Notes: a model not told the origin generated them from the sequence alone. Shown: positions 47,730-57,650, numbered from the stretch's first letter. The stretch: 59,990 nt of DNA from Chitinophagaceae bacterium (GCA_017744805.1 JAGIAP010000001.1:1-59990); one strand, 5' to 3'. Numbers and translations: made by a program.

Positions 47730-50700
47730 TTACATTCCCAGTTGAAGGTTGATGCCCATGCTTCTGACCTGTGGTAACCCAAATACATCCACGCCCTGCA
47801 AGCCATTGCCCGAGCCCATGGATAGCTCGGGATCGAAGGGAGCATGCAATTCAAAGAAGAAAAGGTTTCTACCGATCAACCCTATGCGCATATTTCGAAC
47901 CCATTTCCATTTTACTGGTATTCGATAGCTCAGGCTCATTTCCCGTAACCTGATATTGGTGGCATTGTACATATACATTTCACCAATCCCGGCCCTGCTG
48001 CCGACGGCGGTGTAGTACGATTGTGCCTCCATCTTACCCGGGAAAGAGCTGCCATCCTCTTTCACGGCGTTGATCACCAATCCGCCATTGTCGCGGGCCC
48101 TGGCACTGGCTTCGCTCACACCATACCAGTCCAGCACTGCCTGCGTTACGCTCATTACCTTGCCTCCGAATCGGCCATCCACCAGCAAACTGAGGCTGAA
48201 ATTCCTGTAATCGAAACTATTGGTCCAGCCCAGGGTAAGGTCGGGGTTGGGATTGCCTACTTTCTTGGACCATGCCTGCAGTTTCAGCCTGCCCTGAGCA
48301 TCGATGATATACTGGCCCTTTTCATTCGTCACCAGCTCCTTGTTACTATAGATATCGCCCCATGATCCTCCTTCCTGTATGAAGGACCCGAACATGTTCA
48401 CACCAAAATCCGTCAGCACAAATACATTGCCGGGGCCTGTGCCCGTGGTGGTAGCATTGCTGAGTGATATCACCTTGTTCCTGTTGGTGGCGAAATTGAC
48501 AGTGGAAGTCCAGTTGAAAGAATTGATTCGTATAGGTATGGCAGTGAGTACCACTTCCCATCCCTGGTTCTGAATATTGCCCAGGTTCAGGTAATAGATA
48601 TTGTATCCAGCACCCCGGGGGGCCGGCACTTCCATATACTGTTTATAATTATTGTTTTTGTAGAAAGTGATATCGGCGCTCAGGCGGTTCCTGAATAAAC
48701 GCATTTCCATACCGGCTTCGATGGAATGATTGTCTTCCGGTTGCAGGTAAATGCCAGGGTAAGGCGCCCGCTGGTTCAGCACTACACGAGGCACGCCTGC
48801 TACCTGTTGCCTGATGAATGCAGAAGGTTTGGATGAATAGCTGGCGATATCGTTTCCCACTTTTGCATAAGAAACCCGGGAACGGAGGAAATCGAATGGC
48901 TTTGGTAGCTTCACGATCTCACTCCAGATCAGCGAAAGGCCCGTTGAATAATAGAGATAGCCTTTGCCGGCAGTAGGTGTAAAGGCAAAGGTGCTGGACC
49001 AGTCGTTGCGGGCCGTGATATCCAGAAAGAGTTTATTGCTGAAACCGAGTTGTACATTCGAGAATAGTGCCTGCAATTGTTTCCTTTCTACCGATCGTTG
49101 CTCATCCAGTGCCGGCGCACTTATATTGGCCAATGAGAACTGATTGGGATTCACAAGGCCCGGTTCTGCATTGGGGTTAGAGCCATAGTAGCTGCGCTCA
49201 TGCGCTTTGATATCCGTTATGCTGCCACCGATATTACCGGCTAGATGCAACCAGTTATTGATCTTTACTTTGATGTTGGCCAGCAGGTCTGAATAGAATT
49301 GTGTATTGAATTCTTTTTCCAGCGTATACCTCCCGTTACTACCGGAGAGTACGATCTGTGTGCCGGCATAGGCCTGTAACTCGTACTGGTCCTGCGATCT
49401 GTCGTAACTGATACGGCTCTTGAGCGATAGCCAGTTATTGAGTTGCCAGGTGGCCGACAAGATCGCCATACTCCTGTAACGTGAGCCTATCCGGAGATTT
49501 CGACGTAAGGCCCATTCGGGGTTCTGCTGATCGTCCTGTCCGATCCAGTTCTTGTCGTTCCGGATATTCCACCAGTTCTGCATGTAGAGCCCGCGCGATG
49601 CATCGTAATATTCAAAATTTGATTTGTAATAGTCGAAGTCCTGCCCTCTCGGAAACAGGTAGAGCCCGGAGATGGGATTGTAATAGAGGCCTGATGAAAA
49701 ACGATTATTGACCTTTTGTGCCAGGAAGGAAGCGGAAACGTCTATCAATAATTTATTCTTCAGCAGCTTCAGTGTTTCGCGAAGGTTGATGGTATGTCGG
49801 TTGAACCGGGAGTTGGGCAGGATACTGTTGTTATTGGTATTGGCGTAGGAGAAATAAGTTTGCGCTTTTTCCGTTCCGCCGCTGAAGGAGACCGTATTGG
49901 ACAAAGTGCTGCCGGTATTGTAGAAATCCTTTACATGGTCCGCTGCATGTACAGGATTGCCCCAACTGCCGAGGGAGCCGGGGAGCGACCTGCCCAGGCT
50001 ATCGGTAGAAGGCTGCATCGTTTGCCCATACCGGTATTGGAGTTTGGGCAAAAGCATCGGTGTTTCGATGGTGAGGTCCGATGAGATATCCACTTTACTT
50101 CTGCCTGGTTTTCCTTTTTTGGTGGTGATGAGGATAACGCCATTGGCTGCCTGGCTGCCGTACAAAGCTGCTGCCGATGCGCCTTTCAGGATGCTGATGC
50201 TTTCAATATCGTCTGCATTGAGATTGGAGATGCCATCGCCTCCATCGCGGCCGCCTGTAAAGCTGATATTGTTGGCCTGGCCCCATACGTCAGCAGGCTG
50301 GGCAGGCGTGTAATTGGCATAGGGCACGCCATCCACGATATAGAGTGGCTGGTTCTCGCGCGTAGATTTATTACCGCGCAGGATCACACGCACCGAGCCT
50401 GCAATGCCGGAAGCGTTGCGGGTGATGGTCATGCCGGCTGTTCTTCCATTCAGGGAATTGATGAAATTGGCATCCTTCACCAGGTTGATCTCATCGCCAC
50501 CCAGTTGCTGGGTAGCGTAGGGTAGTTCCCTTGTTTTCTTTTGAAGGCCCAGTGCCGTAACCACCAGCTCGTTCAATGATCTGATATGCTCGTACAACAC
50601 AATTTCCATTTCGGTGCTGCTTCCGACCGGTACTTCGCGTGGGATGAAACCGATGGAACTGAATTCCAGTACGCCTCCTGGAGGTGCTTTGATGCGGAAC

Positions 50701-51215
50701 CTGGCAGATGCATCGGTTTGTGTACCGGTATTGGTATTGCCGATCAGAACGGATACGCCCTGCAGGGGATTGCCCTTATTGTCGCGCACTATTCCAGTGA
50801 TCTCTTTTTCCGGTAATGCATGATCGCTGATATCGAAGGGGGACGAGGCACTGGCTTTGTCTGCGGAGCCCACGATGATCTTGTTATTGGTGCGGATGAA
50901 TTTCAGTCCGGTTTGATGGGAGAGGATGGATAGTACTTCTTCGATAGAAGTGTCGATACAATTCAGCGTTACCTTTTGCTTCAGGTTGAGCTCTGTTCTA
51001 TCATAATGGAAACTGAGGCTTGTTTTGCGGGAAATGAGCGCCATCACATATTCCAGGCTTTTGTTCTTTACCTGGATCGTGATCCCGATGGGCCGCGTCG
51101 TTTCCTGTTGGGGGCTCATTCCGTATGATCTTGCAGGCAGGCTTCCAGCCAGGATAAGGTTCAGCAACAGACCCAGGGATACAAACCATTTCGATATGCA
51201 TGGTCTTACCCTCAT
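47730..51215 (-). CDS. SusC/RagA TonB-dependent transducer 1 with STN domain (locus D)
   Basis: STN (ITIQVKNKSLEYVMALISRKTSLSF); LNADDIESISILKGASAAALYGSQAANGVILITTKKG; paralog of 42862..46011. Confidence 0.94.
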   Translation of the reverse strand: MRVRPCISKWFVSLGLLLNLILAGSLPARSYGMSPQQETTRPIGITIQVKNKSLEYVMALISRKTSLSFHYDRTELNLKQKVTLNCIDTSIEEVLSILSHQTGLKFIRTNNKIIVGSADKASASSPFDISDHALPEKEITGIVRDNKGNPLQGVSVLIGNTNTGTQTDASARFRIKAPPGGVLEFSSIGFIPREVPVGSSTEMEIVLYEHIRSLNELVVTALGLQKKTRELPYATQQLGGDEINLVKDANFINSLNGRTAGMTITRNASGIAGSVRVILRGNKSTRENQPLYIVDGVPYANYTPAQPADVWGQANNISFTGGRDGGDGISNLNADDIESISILKGASAAALYGSQAANGVILITTKKGKPGRSKVDISSDLTIETPMLLPKLQYRYGQTMQPSTDSLGRSLPGSLGSWGNPVHAADHVKDFYNTGSTLSNTVSFSGGTEKAQTYFSYANTNNNSILPNSRFNRHTINLRETLKLLKNKLLIDVSASFLAQKVNNRFSSGLYYNPISGLYLFPRGQDFDYYKSNFEYYDASRGLYMQNWWNIRNDKNWIGQDDQQNPEWALRRNLRIGSRYRSMAILSATWQLNNWLSLKSRISYDRSQDQYELQAYAGTQIVLSGSNGRYTLEKEFNTQFYSDLLANIKVKINNWLHLAGNIGGSITDIKAHERSYYGSNPNAEPGLVNPNQFSLANISAPALDEQRSVERKQLQALFSNVQLGFSNKLFLDITARNDWSSTFAFTPTAGKGYLYYSTGLSLIWSEIVKLPKPFDFLRSRVSYAKVGNDIASYSSKPSAFIRQQVAGVPRVVLNQRAPYPGIYLQPEDNHSIEAGMEMRLFRNRLSADITFYKNNNYKQYMEVPAPRGAGYNIYYLNLGNIQNQGWEVVLTAIPIRINSFNWTSTVNFATNRNKVISLSNATTTGTGPGNVFVLTDFGVNMFGSFIQEGGSWGDIYSNKELVTNEKGQYIIDAQGRLKLQAWSKKVGNPNPDLTLGWTNSFDYRNFSLSLLVDGRFGGKVMSVTQAVLDWYGVSEASARARDNGGLVINAVKEDGSSFPGKMEAQSYYTAVGSRAGIGEMYMYNATNIRLREMSLSYRIPVKWKWVRNMRIGLIGRNLFFFELHAPFDPELSMGSGNGLQGVDVFGLPQVRSMGINLQLGM

Positions 51216-51224
51216 ATGAATGGT

Positions 51225-52235
51225 TTAGTATTTGTTTACAAGAATTACGGTGTCTTTTCTGATAGTGTAAGAAAGGGAGGTTGCCAGGCAAATTGTTTCC
51301 ATTACCTCTTTCAGGCTTTCATCATGGAAAGTGCCGGTATAATTCCAGATAGTCTTACTGCTTTGGTTGATAACGGTTACGCCAAAGTGATTTTCAACCC
51401 CGGTAGCAATCTCGTCAAAACTAGCATCGTTGAAAACCAGTGAGCCTGTTTTCCAGCCGGATACATCCTCCGGTTTGGCAAACGATGTTCTTTTTACAAT
51501 GAACTGCCGGAGATTGAAGCTGATCTGCTCACTGGGCAGCAGTACCAGTGAAGCAGGTCCCTGGCCTTGTTTGCCGGGATGATCCACTTTTACTTTGCCG
51601 GTGAACAAGGCTACTGTCACTTTATTTTCTGTAGCATAGGTCCTGATATTGAAGGTGGTGCTGAGGGCGGTGGTGGTGAGGGGGCCAGAATGCACAACAA
51701 AGGGACGGGCCGGATCATGCGCTGCATCGAAATAGGCTTCCCCTTCTTCCAGCCAGAAACTGCGTTCCGCATTACTGAAATGTTCCGGGTATCGAAGCCT
51801 GCTGCCGGCATTGAGCACGATAGTACTACCATCCGGCAATAAGATGGTATCCTTCACCATACGTGGTGTGATCACTTCCACCGTTCCGTTCCGGATGGTG
51901 CGGATGGCGATGGCGGGTGTGGTGGGCTGCGGTAGTGAGGCCATTGCATGGTCCGGTTTGCGCTGATCGTACCAGAAGATACCAGCGATGATCAGGAGCA
52001 CCGCGGCAACAGCTACGGCATACCAGCGGGGGATACGCCTTACCGGCGGAGCGATCTGACTATCGATCCTGGATTTGATATCCCCGAGATCCAGCTCCAG
52101 TTGGTCCTCATCTGCCTGGATGCCTGGTTGCTGCCCGATATTGTCGAACCATTTTTCCACAATTACAGCTTCCTCAGGGGTACAGGTCCCCTGATTGTAT
52201 CGTTCCAGCAATATTTTTATCTGTTCCAGGTCCAC
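51225..52235 (-). CDS. FecR-family anti-sigma (locus D)
   Basis: GTG start; TM helix; LPDGSTIVLNAGSRLRYP, EGEAYF, WKTGSLVF. Confidence 0.92.
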   Translation of the reverse strand: MDLEQIKILLERYNQGTCTPEEAVIVEKWFDNIGQQPGIQADEDQLELDLGDIKSRIDSQIAPPVRRIPRWYAVAVAAVLLIIAGIFWYDQRKPDHAMASLPQPTTPAIAIRTIRNGTVEVITPRMVKDTILLPDGSTIVLNAGSRLRYPEHFSNAERSFWLEEGEAYFDAAHDPARPFVVHSGPLTTTALSTTFNIRTYATENKVTVALFTGKVKVDHPGKQGQGPASLVLLPSEQISFNLRQFIVKRTSFAKPEDVSGWKTGSLVFNDASFDEIATGVENHFGVTVINQSSKTIWNYTGTFHDESLKEVMETICLATSLSYTIRKDTVILVNKY

Positions 52236-52258
52236 TAATGGTATTTTGAATAGTTTAA

Positions 52259-52284
52259 GTCGTGATACAAAGGAAAAGGTACTA
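52259..52284 (-). promoter_or_regulatory. Putative ECF promoter in front of fecR (locus D)
   Basis: Minus strand TAGTAC-N15-ACGAC between sigma stop and fecR start. Confidence 0.72.
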
Positions 52285-52306
52285 CTCCATTTCCTGAATT
52301 CCTGAT

Positions 52307-52894
52307 TTACAAGTTGAAAATGCTATAACCCAGTACCAGCAATATCATTTTCAGCTTCAGATCCACGGTCCGCAGGATCTTGAGGGCTTCACTGATCTGG
52401 TTCTTGACGGTTTGCTGCGACAATCCCAGGTTAGTGGAGATCTGCTCGATGGTAAGATGCTCAAACCTGCTGAGCATGAAGATCTGCTTCATCCGGTCCG
52501 GCAAGTGGTTGATGGCCTCGAAAAGGTCCTGCGCCCTGGACCTGTTCTCCACGGCATCCATCAGGGAATGCGGCGTTGTATCGAAATGTTCGATCAGTTG
52601 ATGCAGGTACTTGCGGTACGTGGCATTTTTCCGGTAAATATCGATGATCTTGTAACGGGCAGCCTGGAAGAGCCAGGCTTTGAGGGATTCCTGGATAACG
52701 AGCGACTGCCTTTTTTCCCAGATGGAAATGAATAGCTCCTGCACTACGTCCTTACTGATCTCCTTATTGTCCAGCTTGCTATGGATGAACAGGTATAACA
52801 TCTTTCCATAACGCTCATAAATGGTATTGAAAGCGGTGTAGTTATCGTTTTTGATCAGCGATACCAATTCATTATCTGTACAACTGCTGAGCAT
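52307..52894 (-). CDS. ECF RNA polymerase sigma-70 factor (locus D)
   Basis: KDVVQELFISIW; LPDRMKQIFMLSR..TIEQISTNLGLSQQTVKNQISEALK. Confidence 0.93.
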   Translation of the reverse strand: MLSSCTDNELVSLIKNDNYTAFNTIYERYGKMLYLFIHSKLDNKEISKDVVQELFISIWEKRQSLVIQESLKAWLFQAARYKIIDIYRKNATYRKYLHQLIEHFDTTPHSLMDAVENRSRAQDLFEAINHLPDRMKQIFMLSRFEHLTIEQISTNLGLSQQTVKNQISEALKILRTVDLKLKMILLVLGYSIFNL

Positions 52895-53004
52895 TGAATG
52901 GCGGTGGCAATGTTAGTTAGGTTGAGCTTCTTATGAATAATGCCTTTTATGGCAGAATTGTAACCAATATAGGAAGAAAAAATCTGCTTTTTTAATTTTG
53001 GGGC

Positions 53005-53397
53005 CTACGGTAACGGTTCATCCTCTTTCAATACCTGTTTCAATAGAAAAATGTACCTGGTAAGGTCTTTGAAATCCTTTCTGGCCTCTTCCTTTTTGCC
53101 GTTATCCGCCTCATCATGGATGATATCGATCTTGTCTTCTACCAGGTCAAGGATCTGAAGCGCATGCGCTATTTTCCTTTTCATGGCCAGCTCATCCCTG
53201 TGATGGGTTTGATAACTGGTGAAATTGTTGACGCCGATACCGATGAAGACCGATGCAAACCCTGAGATGGTGATCTCGATCGCATTGTTTCGGGTGAGGA
53301 AGGTGAGAAAGATCACTCCTGAGCCGATGAGGATGAAAATGAATACCTGAGGCCGGGAAAATGATTGCCAGAACTTACTGAATGGCTGATTGATCAT
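53005..53397 (-). CDS. Small hypothetical membrane protein
   Basis: Two hydrophobic segments followed by a charged helical tail. Confidence 0.65.
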   Translation of the reverse strand: MINQPFSKFWQSFSRPQVFIFILIGSGVIFLTFLTRNNAIEITISGFASVFIGIGVNNFTSYQTHHRDELAMKRKIAHALQILDLVEDKIDIIHDEADNGKKEEARKDFKDLTRYIFLLKQVLKEDEPLP

Positions 53398-53593
53398 AAC
53401 ATGAGTTTATTGCACCAGTTCGTTTCAGTTGATCGGGGACGTATTAGTCAAAACTAATATACTAAGCTTTGGGTGTTGCTACTGGTTAAGCGCTGGTTAT
53501 TCTTTTTGCGGATAAAGATATTAACGCATTAGAAAAAAACATATCTTAATGTGCGTTCCGGATATCGTTCCCTTTAGCCAATCATGAATCCAT

Positions 53594-55693
53594 ATGTCTG
53601 AAGACAAATCTGTAAAAAAGGATGTTTGGAAGAATATCTACCGGCTGGTATTGCCTTACAGGAGAAAACTGTTCACCATTTTTCTCCTGAGCCTGATGGC
53701 CACTGCGGTGACCCTCATAGAGCCACTGATTTACCGGGAGGCAGTGAATGATGTGGCGGGTCTTTTTCTGCAACAGGCCCAGGACGATGCGGCAGGCAGC
53801 GATGCCGACCAGGACGAACTTTCTTCTTTTCCATTTTTTGACCGGTTGATGGGAGAGAAGAAACCTGTCATGATAACAGACACTACCAATTATACCTACG
53901 ATACCATCCATTACCTGAAGGATACCATCATCGTCAAAACCCTGAAAGCCGGTGCCCACGGCAATTTCCATCATAAGCGAACAGTAACGCTGAAGCATAA
54001 GGAAAAGATCCCTGCTTCCAGGATCGTAAAGGAGCCGCATACCAGAACCCATGTGGCGCCTCGTACGCCTTCCCAGGCCTTCGATACCCTGTTATGGGCG
54101 GTAGTGGCTTTGTTCATCATCAATATCGTTGGGCTGATATTCTGGTGGATCGGAGAGAACCTGCATACCAAACTGGCTTGCATCATCGAGCGGAATTTCA
54201 TTGCGCGAACATTCGGACATGTATTGCGGTTGCCATTGTCTTTTTTCTCCAAACACTCTACGGCGGCCCTGCAACAAAGAATTGATCAGAGCGAAGAGAT
54301 ATCCGATACCGTTAGTTATTTTATCAAAGAGATATTGCCTGAAGTCATCAGCCTGGTGGGCATACTGCTGATCATGTTCTGGCAGAATTATGTGCTCACA
54401 TTACTGGCATTATCCATTATTCCATTATACCTCTTCCTCACTGTGAAGTCCACCAAAAGATTGAATGCCGGTTTGGCCAGTTATTATGAGAAATGGGAAA
54501 AAGTATCGGCCACCATGCAGGATGCACTTGTTGGAGTGAAAACGGTAAAGCTTTCCGGAGCAGAGACCCGGGAGATGCTGAAGCTGGATGATGAAACAGA
54601 TCAGGCTTACAAAGATTATATCAAGCGTACCAAACTGGCCAACCGATACGCTTTCTGGCAGGTATTGCTGACGCATATCGCTTCGGCATTCGTACTCTCA
54701 TACGGCGGTTACCTGGCTTTGAACCACCAGTTGACCCCCGGAGATGTGGTGATGTTTGTTGCCTACCTGGATATGCTCTATGATCCCATCGATAATCTTT
54801 CTGAGATATGGGCGGGCATCCAGGAGAATGTGACTTCCATTTCAAGGGCCTTCAAATTGCTGGACGTTGCCACCGAAGAGCGTCATGGGAAAGAACTGGT
54901 GGTTGAAAATGGAAAAGTGGAATTCAGGAAAGTGGAATTCGGTTATGCGCCTGAGAGGGTGATCCTGCAAAATATCTCCTTCACGGCTGAGCCGGGAAAG
55001 GTCACGGCCATCGTAGGCGCATCGGGAGCGGGTAAGACCACTACTGTGGACCTTTTGCTGAAATTATTCCGCCCCTGGAAAGGCGAGATACTGATAGATG
55101 GGCAGCAGTTATCGGAAATGGATGATGCCAGTGTGAGAAGAAGTATCGGGATGGTGAATGCAGATGGCGCAATTTTCAGAGGTTCCCTTGCCGACAATAT
55201 CCGGTACAAAAGGCCGGACGCTACAGACGAAGAAGTGGAAGCCGCCGCCATAGCAGCCGGAATGCAATCCACCCTGCAACGATTACCGGAAGGGTTGAGA
55301 ACGGCCGTAGGCGAAAGTGGTTTCGGCCTCTCTGTAGGGGAGCGTCAACGCGTGCAGATAGCACGGGTGATAGTGGATAAGCCCAAGATCCTGATCCTGG
55401 ATGAGGCCACCGCCAACCTGGATTTTGCCACCGAGGCCGAAGTGAAAAAAACTGTGGAAGAGATCAGGAAAACGAATACCGTGATCGTAATTGCACACCG
55501 GTTTTCCATGGTGAAAGATGCGGATCATGTGATAGTGCTGGAAGAAGGACAGATCATCGAGGAAGGCAAACCTGCCGACCTGATCCAAGATGGCGGTTGG
55601 TTTGCTGAATTTGCCAATGGGGGAGAGGAGGAGGAAGAAGAAGGGCCGGAAGAGGATGATTGGGAAGAAGAAGAAGAGGAAGATGACTTGTAA
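53594..55693 (+). CDS. ABC exporter half-transporter (TMD+NBD, MsbA/MdlB-like)
   Basis: Walker A GASGAGKT, signature LSVGERQR, Walker B ILILDEATANLD, IAHR switch; N-terminal TM domain. Confidence 0.93.
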   Translation: MSEDKSVKKDVWKNIYRLVLPYRRKLFTIFLLSLMATAVTLIEPLIYREAVNDVAGLFLQQAQDDAAGSDADQDELSSFPFFDRLMGEKKPVMITDTTNYTYDTIHYLKDTIIVKTLKAGAHGNFHHKRTVTLKHKEKIPASRIVKEPHTRTHVAPRTPSQAFDTLLWAVVALFIINIVGLIFWWIGENLHTKLACIIERNFIARTFGHVLRLPLSFFSKHSTAALQQRIDQSEEISDTVSYFIKEILPEVISLVGILLIMFWQNYVLTLLALSIIPLYLFLTVKSTKRLNAGLASYYEKWEKVSATMQDALVGVKTVKLSGAETREMLKLDDETDQAYKDYIKRTKLANRYAFWQVLLTHIASAFVLSYGGYLALNHQLTPGDVVMFVAYLDMLYDPIDNLSEIWAGIQENVTSISRAFKLLDVATEERHGKELVVENGKVEFRKVEFGYAPERVILQNISFTAEPGKVTAIVGASGAGKTTTVDLLLKLFRPWKGEILIDGQQLSEMDDASVRRSIGMVNADGAIFRGSLADNIRYKRPDATDEEVEAAAIAAGMQSTLQRLPEGLRTAVGESGFGLSVGERQRVQIARVIVDKPKILILDEATANLDFATEAEVKKTVEEIRKTNTVIVIAHRFSMVKDADHVIVLEEGQIIEEGKPADLIQDGGWFAEFANGGEEEEEEGPEEDDWEEEEEEDDL

Positions 55694-55706
55694 GTGATCT
55701 TCTATA

Positions 55707-55773
55707 AAAACAAGACAGGCCCCGCTCATGGAGGTTAACTAAGCCTTTCCATGCCCGATGCCTGTCTTGTTTT
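55707..55773. terminator. Extended inverted repeat / bidirectional terminator
   Basis: 14-bp perfect arms AAAACAAGACAGGC/GCCTGTCTTGTTTT enclosing an inner CATGGA/TCCATG stem; lies between convergent genes. Confidence 0.7.
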
Positions 55774-55802
55774 ATCGAAATACTTTCCGCGATCTTCGGG
55801 GT

Positions 55803-57035
55803 CTATTGACCCGATACTGCCCTGAAGGCAGATCCCAGGTCCGCGATGATATCTTCGGCATGTTCGATGCCGATGCTCAGCCGGATCATTTTATCGGTTA
55901 TGCCAAGGCGTTGTTTCTCTTCCAATGGAACGCCTGCATGCGTCATGGTGTATGGATGTTCGGCCAGGCTCTCGGTTCCCCCCAGGCTCACCGCCAAACG
56001 GATATGGGTAAGCGCGTTCAGGAATTGAAAGGCTTCCCGCTCTCCGCCGCGGATATCGAAGCTTACCATCGCCCCGTTGCTGGAATACTGGCGGCCCATC
56101 AGTTCTGTTTTGTTCAATCCGAGATAATATACTTTTTCCACCAGTGGATGTTGCTGTAACCAATCCACCACCAGGCTGGCATTGCTGGCAGCTCCTTCCA
56201 TCCTGAGCTTCAGGGTTTCCAGGCTTCGCATCAGTAACCAGGCAGTATGCGGATCGATGATGGTGCCAAAAAAAGTCCGGGCCTTCTTTATTTGTGCCAT
56301 CACTGTTTTGCCGCCCACGGCTGCACCGGCGATCACATCACTATGCCCTCCGATATATTTGGTAGCGGAATACAGAACGATATCTGCGCCATGCTCCAAT
56401 GGGTGCGACCATAATGGTCCCATATACGTATTGTCGACTGCCAGCAGCACTTTCTTTTCATCGGTGGAATAAGAGGCCGCGATATCCGCGCAGAGCCTGA
56501 TATCCACCAGGTCGTTGGTGGGATTGGCTGGTGTTTCAATGAAGATCATTTTCAGTTTGTGGCCGGCATCACCGATCTTTTGACGGATGCTTTCTTCACT
56601 ATCGGTAGCCTGAAAACCGATGGCCCGGATACCCCATTCCGCCAGAAAGAAATGGATATAACTATGTGTGCCGCCGTATAATGGATTGCTATATAAGATG
56701 CAATCGCCCGGCTTCAGGAAGCTCATCAGTGTAGTAGAGATAGCGCTCATACCGCTGGAAAACGCAGCCGCCTCTTCTCCCTTATCCCATAATTTCAAGC
56801 GCTCCTCCAGTATTTCAATATCGGGGTTGTTGATCCTGCTATAGATAAGGCCCATCTCTCTTTGTTGGGAAGGCTCTTTGCCATAGGCCATGGTGAAGAA
56901 ATCCTTCCCTTCTTCCGCACTATTGAATACGAAAGTGGAAGTCAGGAAAAGTGGGCATTTCACAGCGCCTTCGCTCAGAGTGGCTTTATATCCATAGCTC
57001 ATCATCGCTGTTTCGGGTCTGATTTTCATATGCAT
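55803..57035 (-). CDS. Cys/Met-metabolism PLP enzyme (cystathionine gamma-synthase / methionine gamma-lyase family)
   Basis: YSRINNP, FSSGMSAI, ETPANPT, YSATKYIGGHSD (PLP Lys), AVSLGGTESL, RLSIGIE. Start likely 57035 (track 57092). Confidence 0.92.
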   Translation of the reverse strand: MHMKIRPETAMMSYGYKATLSEGAVKCPLFLTSTFVFNSAEEGKDFFTMAYGKEPSQQREMGLIYSRINNPDIEILEERLKLWDKGEEAAAFSSGMSAISTTLMSFLKPGDCILYSNPLYGGTHSYIHFFLAEWGIRAIGFQATDSEESIRQKIGDAGHKLKMIFIETPANPTNDLVDIRLCADIAASYSTDEKKVLLAVDNTYMGPLWSHPLEHGADIVLYSATKYIGGHSDVIAGAAVGGKTVMAQIKKARTFFGTIIDPHTAWLLMRSLETLKLRMEGAASNASLVVDWLQQHPLVEKVYYLGLNKTELMGRQYSSNGAMVSFDIRGGEREAFQFLNALTHIRLAVSLGGTESLAEHPYTMTHAGVPLEEKQRLGITDKMIRLSIGIEHAEDIIADLGSAFRAVSGQ

Positions 57036-57179
57036 AATTTGAAACAAATCTGAACAAATCCATTCCCTGAAACAATAGGAGAGGCTTTGCATGGATAATA
57101 ACGCTATTGGCCATTAAAATCAGCCCATATTTAGAGGTTTTCACTAATTTGAAGGAAAATATGGTGAAATTAGTGCGCT

Positions 57180-57650
57180 ATGAGAGAGCTTGATAGTACA
57201 GATCTCCGGTTATTATCCCTGCTGCAATATGATTGTAAGCTCAGCAATAAAGAACTGGCAGATAAATTAGGTATAACCGCTACGCCCGTTCTTTTGAGAA
57301 AAAGAAAACTGGAAGAGCTGGGATATATCAAGCAGTATATTGCAGTGGTGGACAGGAACAAGGTGGATCTTTCCCTGGTGGCCTTCACCAATGTGCAGCT
57401 CAGTGTACATTCAACCGAAGCCATGGCTATCTTTGAGAAGAAAATGATGGAGCTCAGGGAAGTTCAGGAATGCCATCACCTGACAGGCTCATACGATTAC
57501 CTGCTGAAGATCGTATTGAAGGATATGAATGCCTATCATCATTTCATTCGTGACAAACTGGCCCCTCTTCCCAATATCAAGACCCTGCAAAGCAGTTTCG
57601 TAATGACCGAAGTGAAAATGGAGATGTCGTATATTTTACCGGACCAATAA
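57180..57650 (+). CDS. Lrp/AsnC-family transcriptional regulator
   Basis: LDSTDLRLLSLLQ..ELADKLG HTH; ECHHLTGSYDYLLK; divergent from the PLP enzyme. Confidence 0.95.
   Translation: MRELDSTDLRLLSLLQYDCKLSNKELADKLGITATPVLLRKRKLEELGYIKQYIAVVDRNKVDLSLVAFTNVQLSVHSTEAMAIFEKKMMELREVQECHHLTGSYDYLLKIVLKDMNAYHHFIRDKLAPLPNIKTLQSSFVMTEVKMEMSYILPDQ

Noticed and set aside
47067-47777. 236-aa plus-strand ORF
   Set aside because: Antisense shadow of susD1. The same applies to the many other short ORFs nested within long genes.
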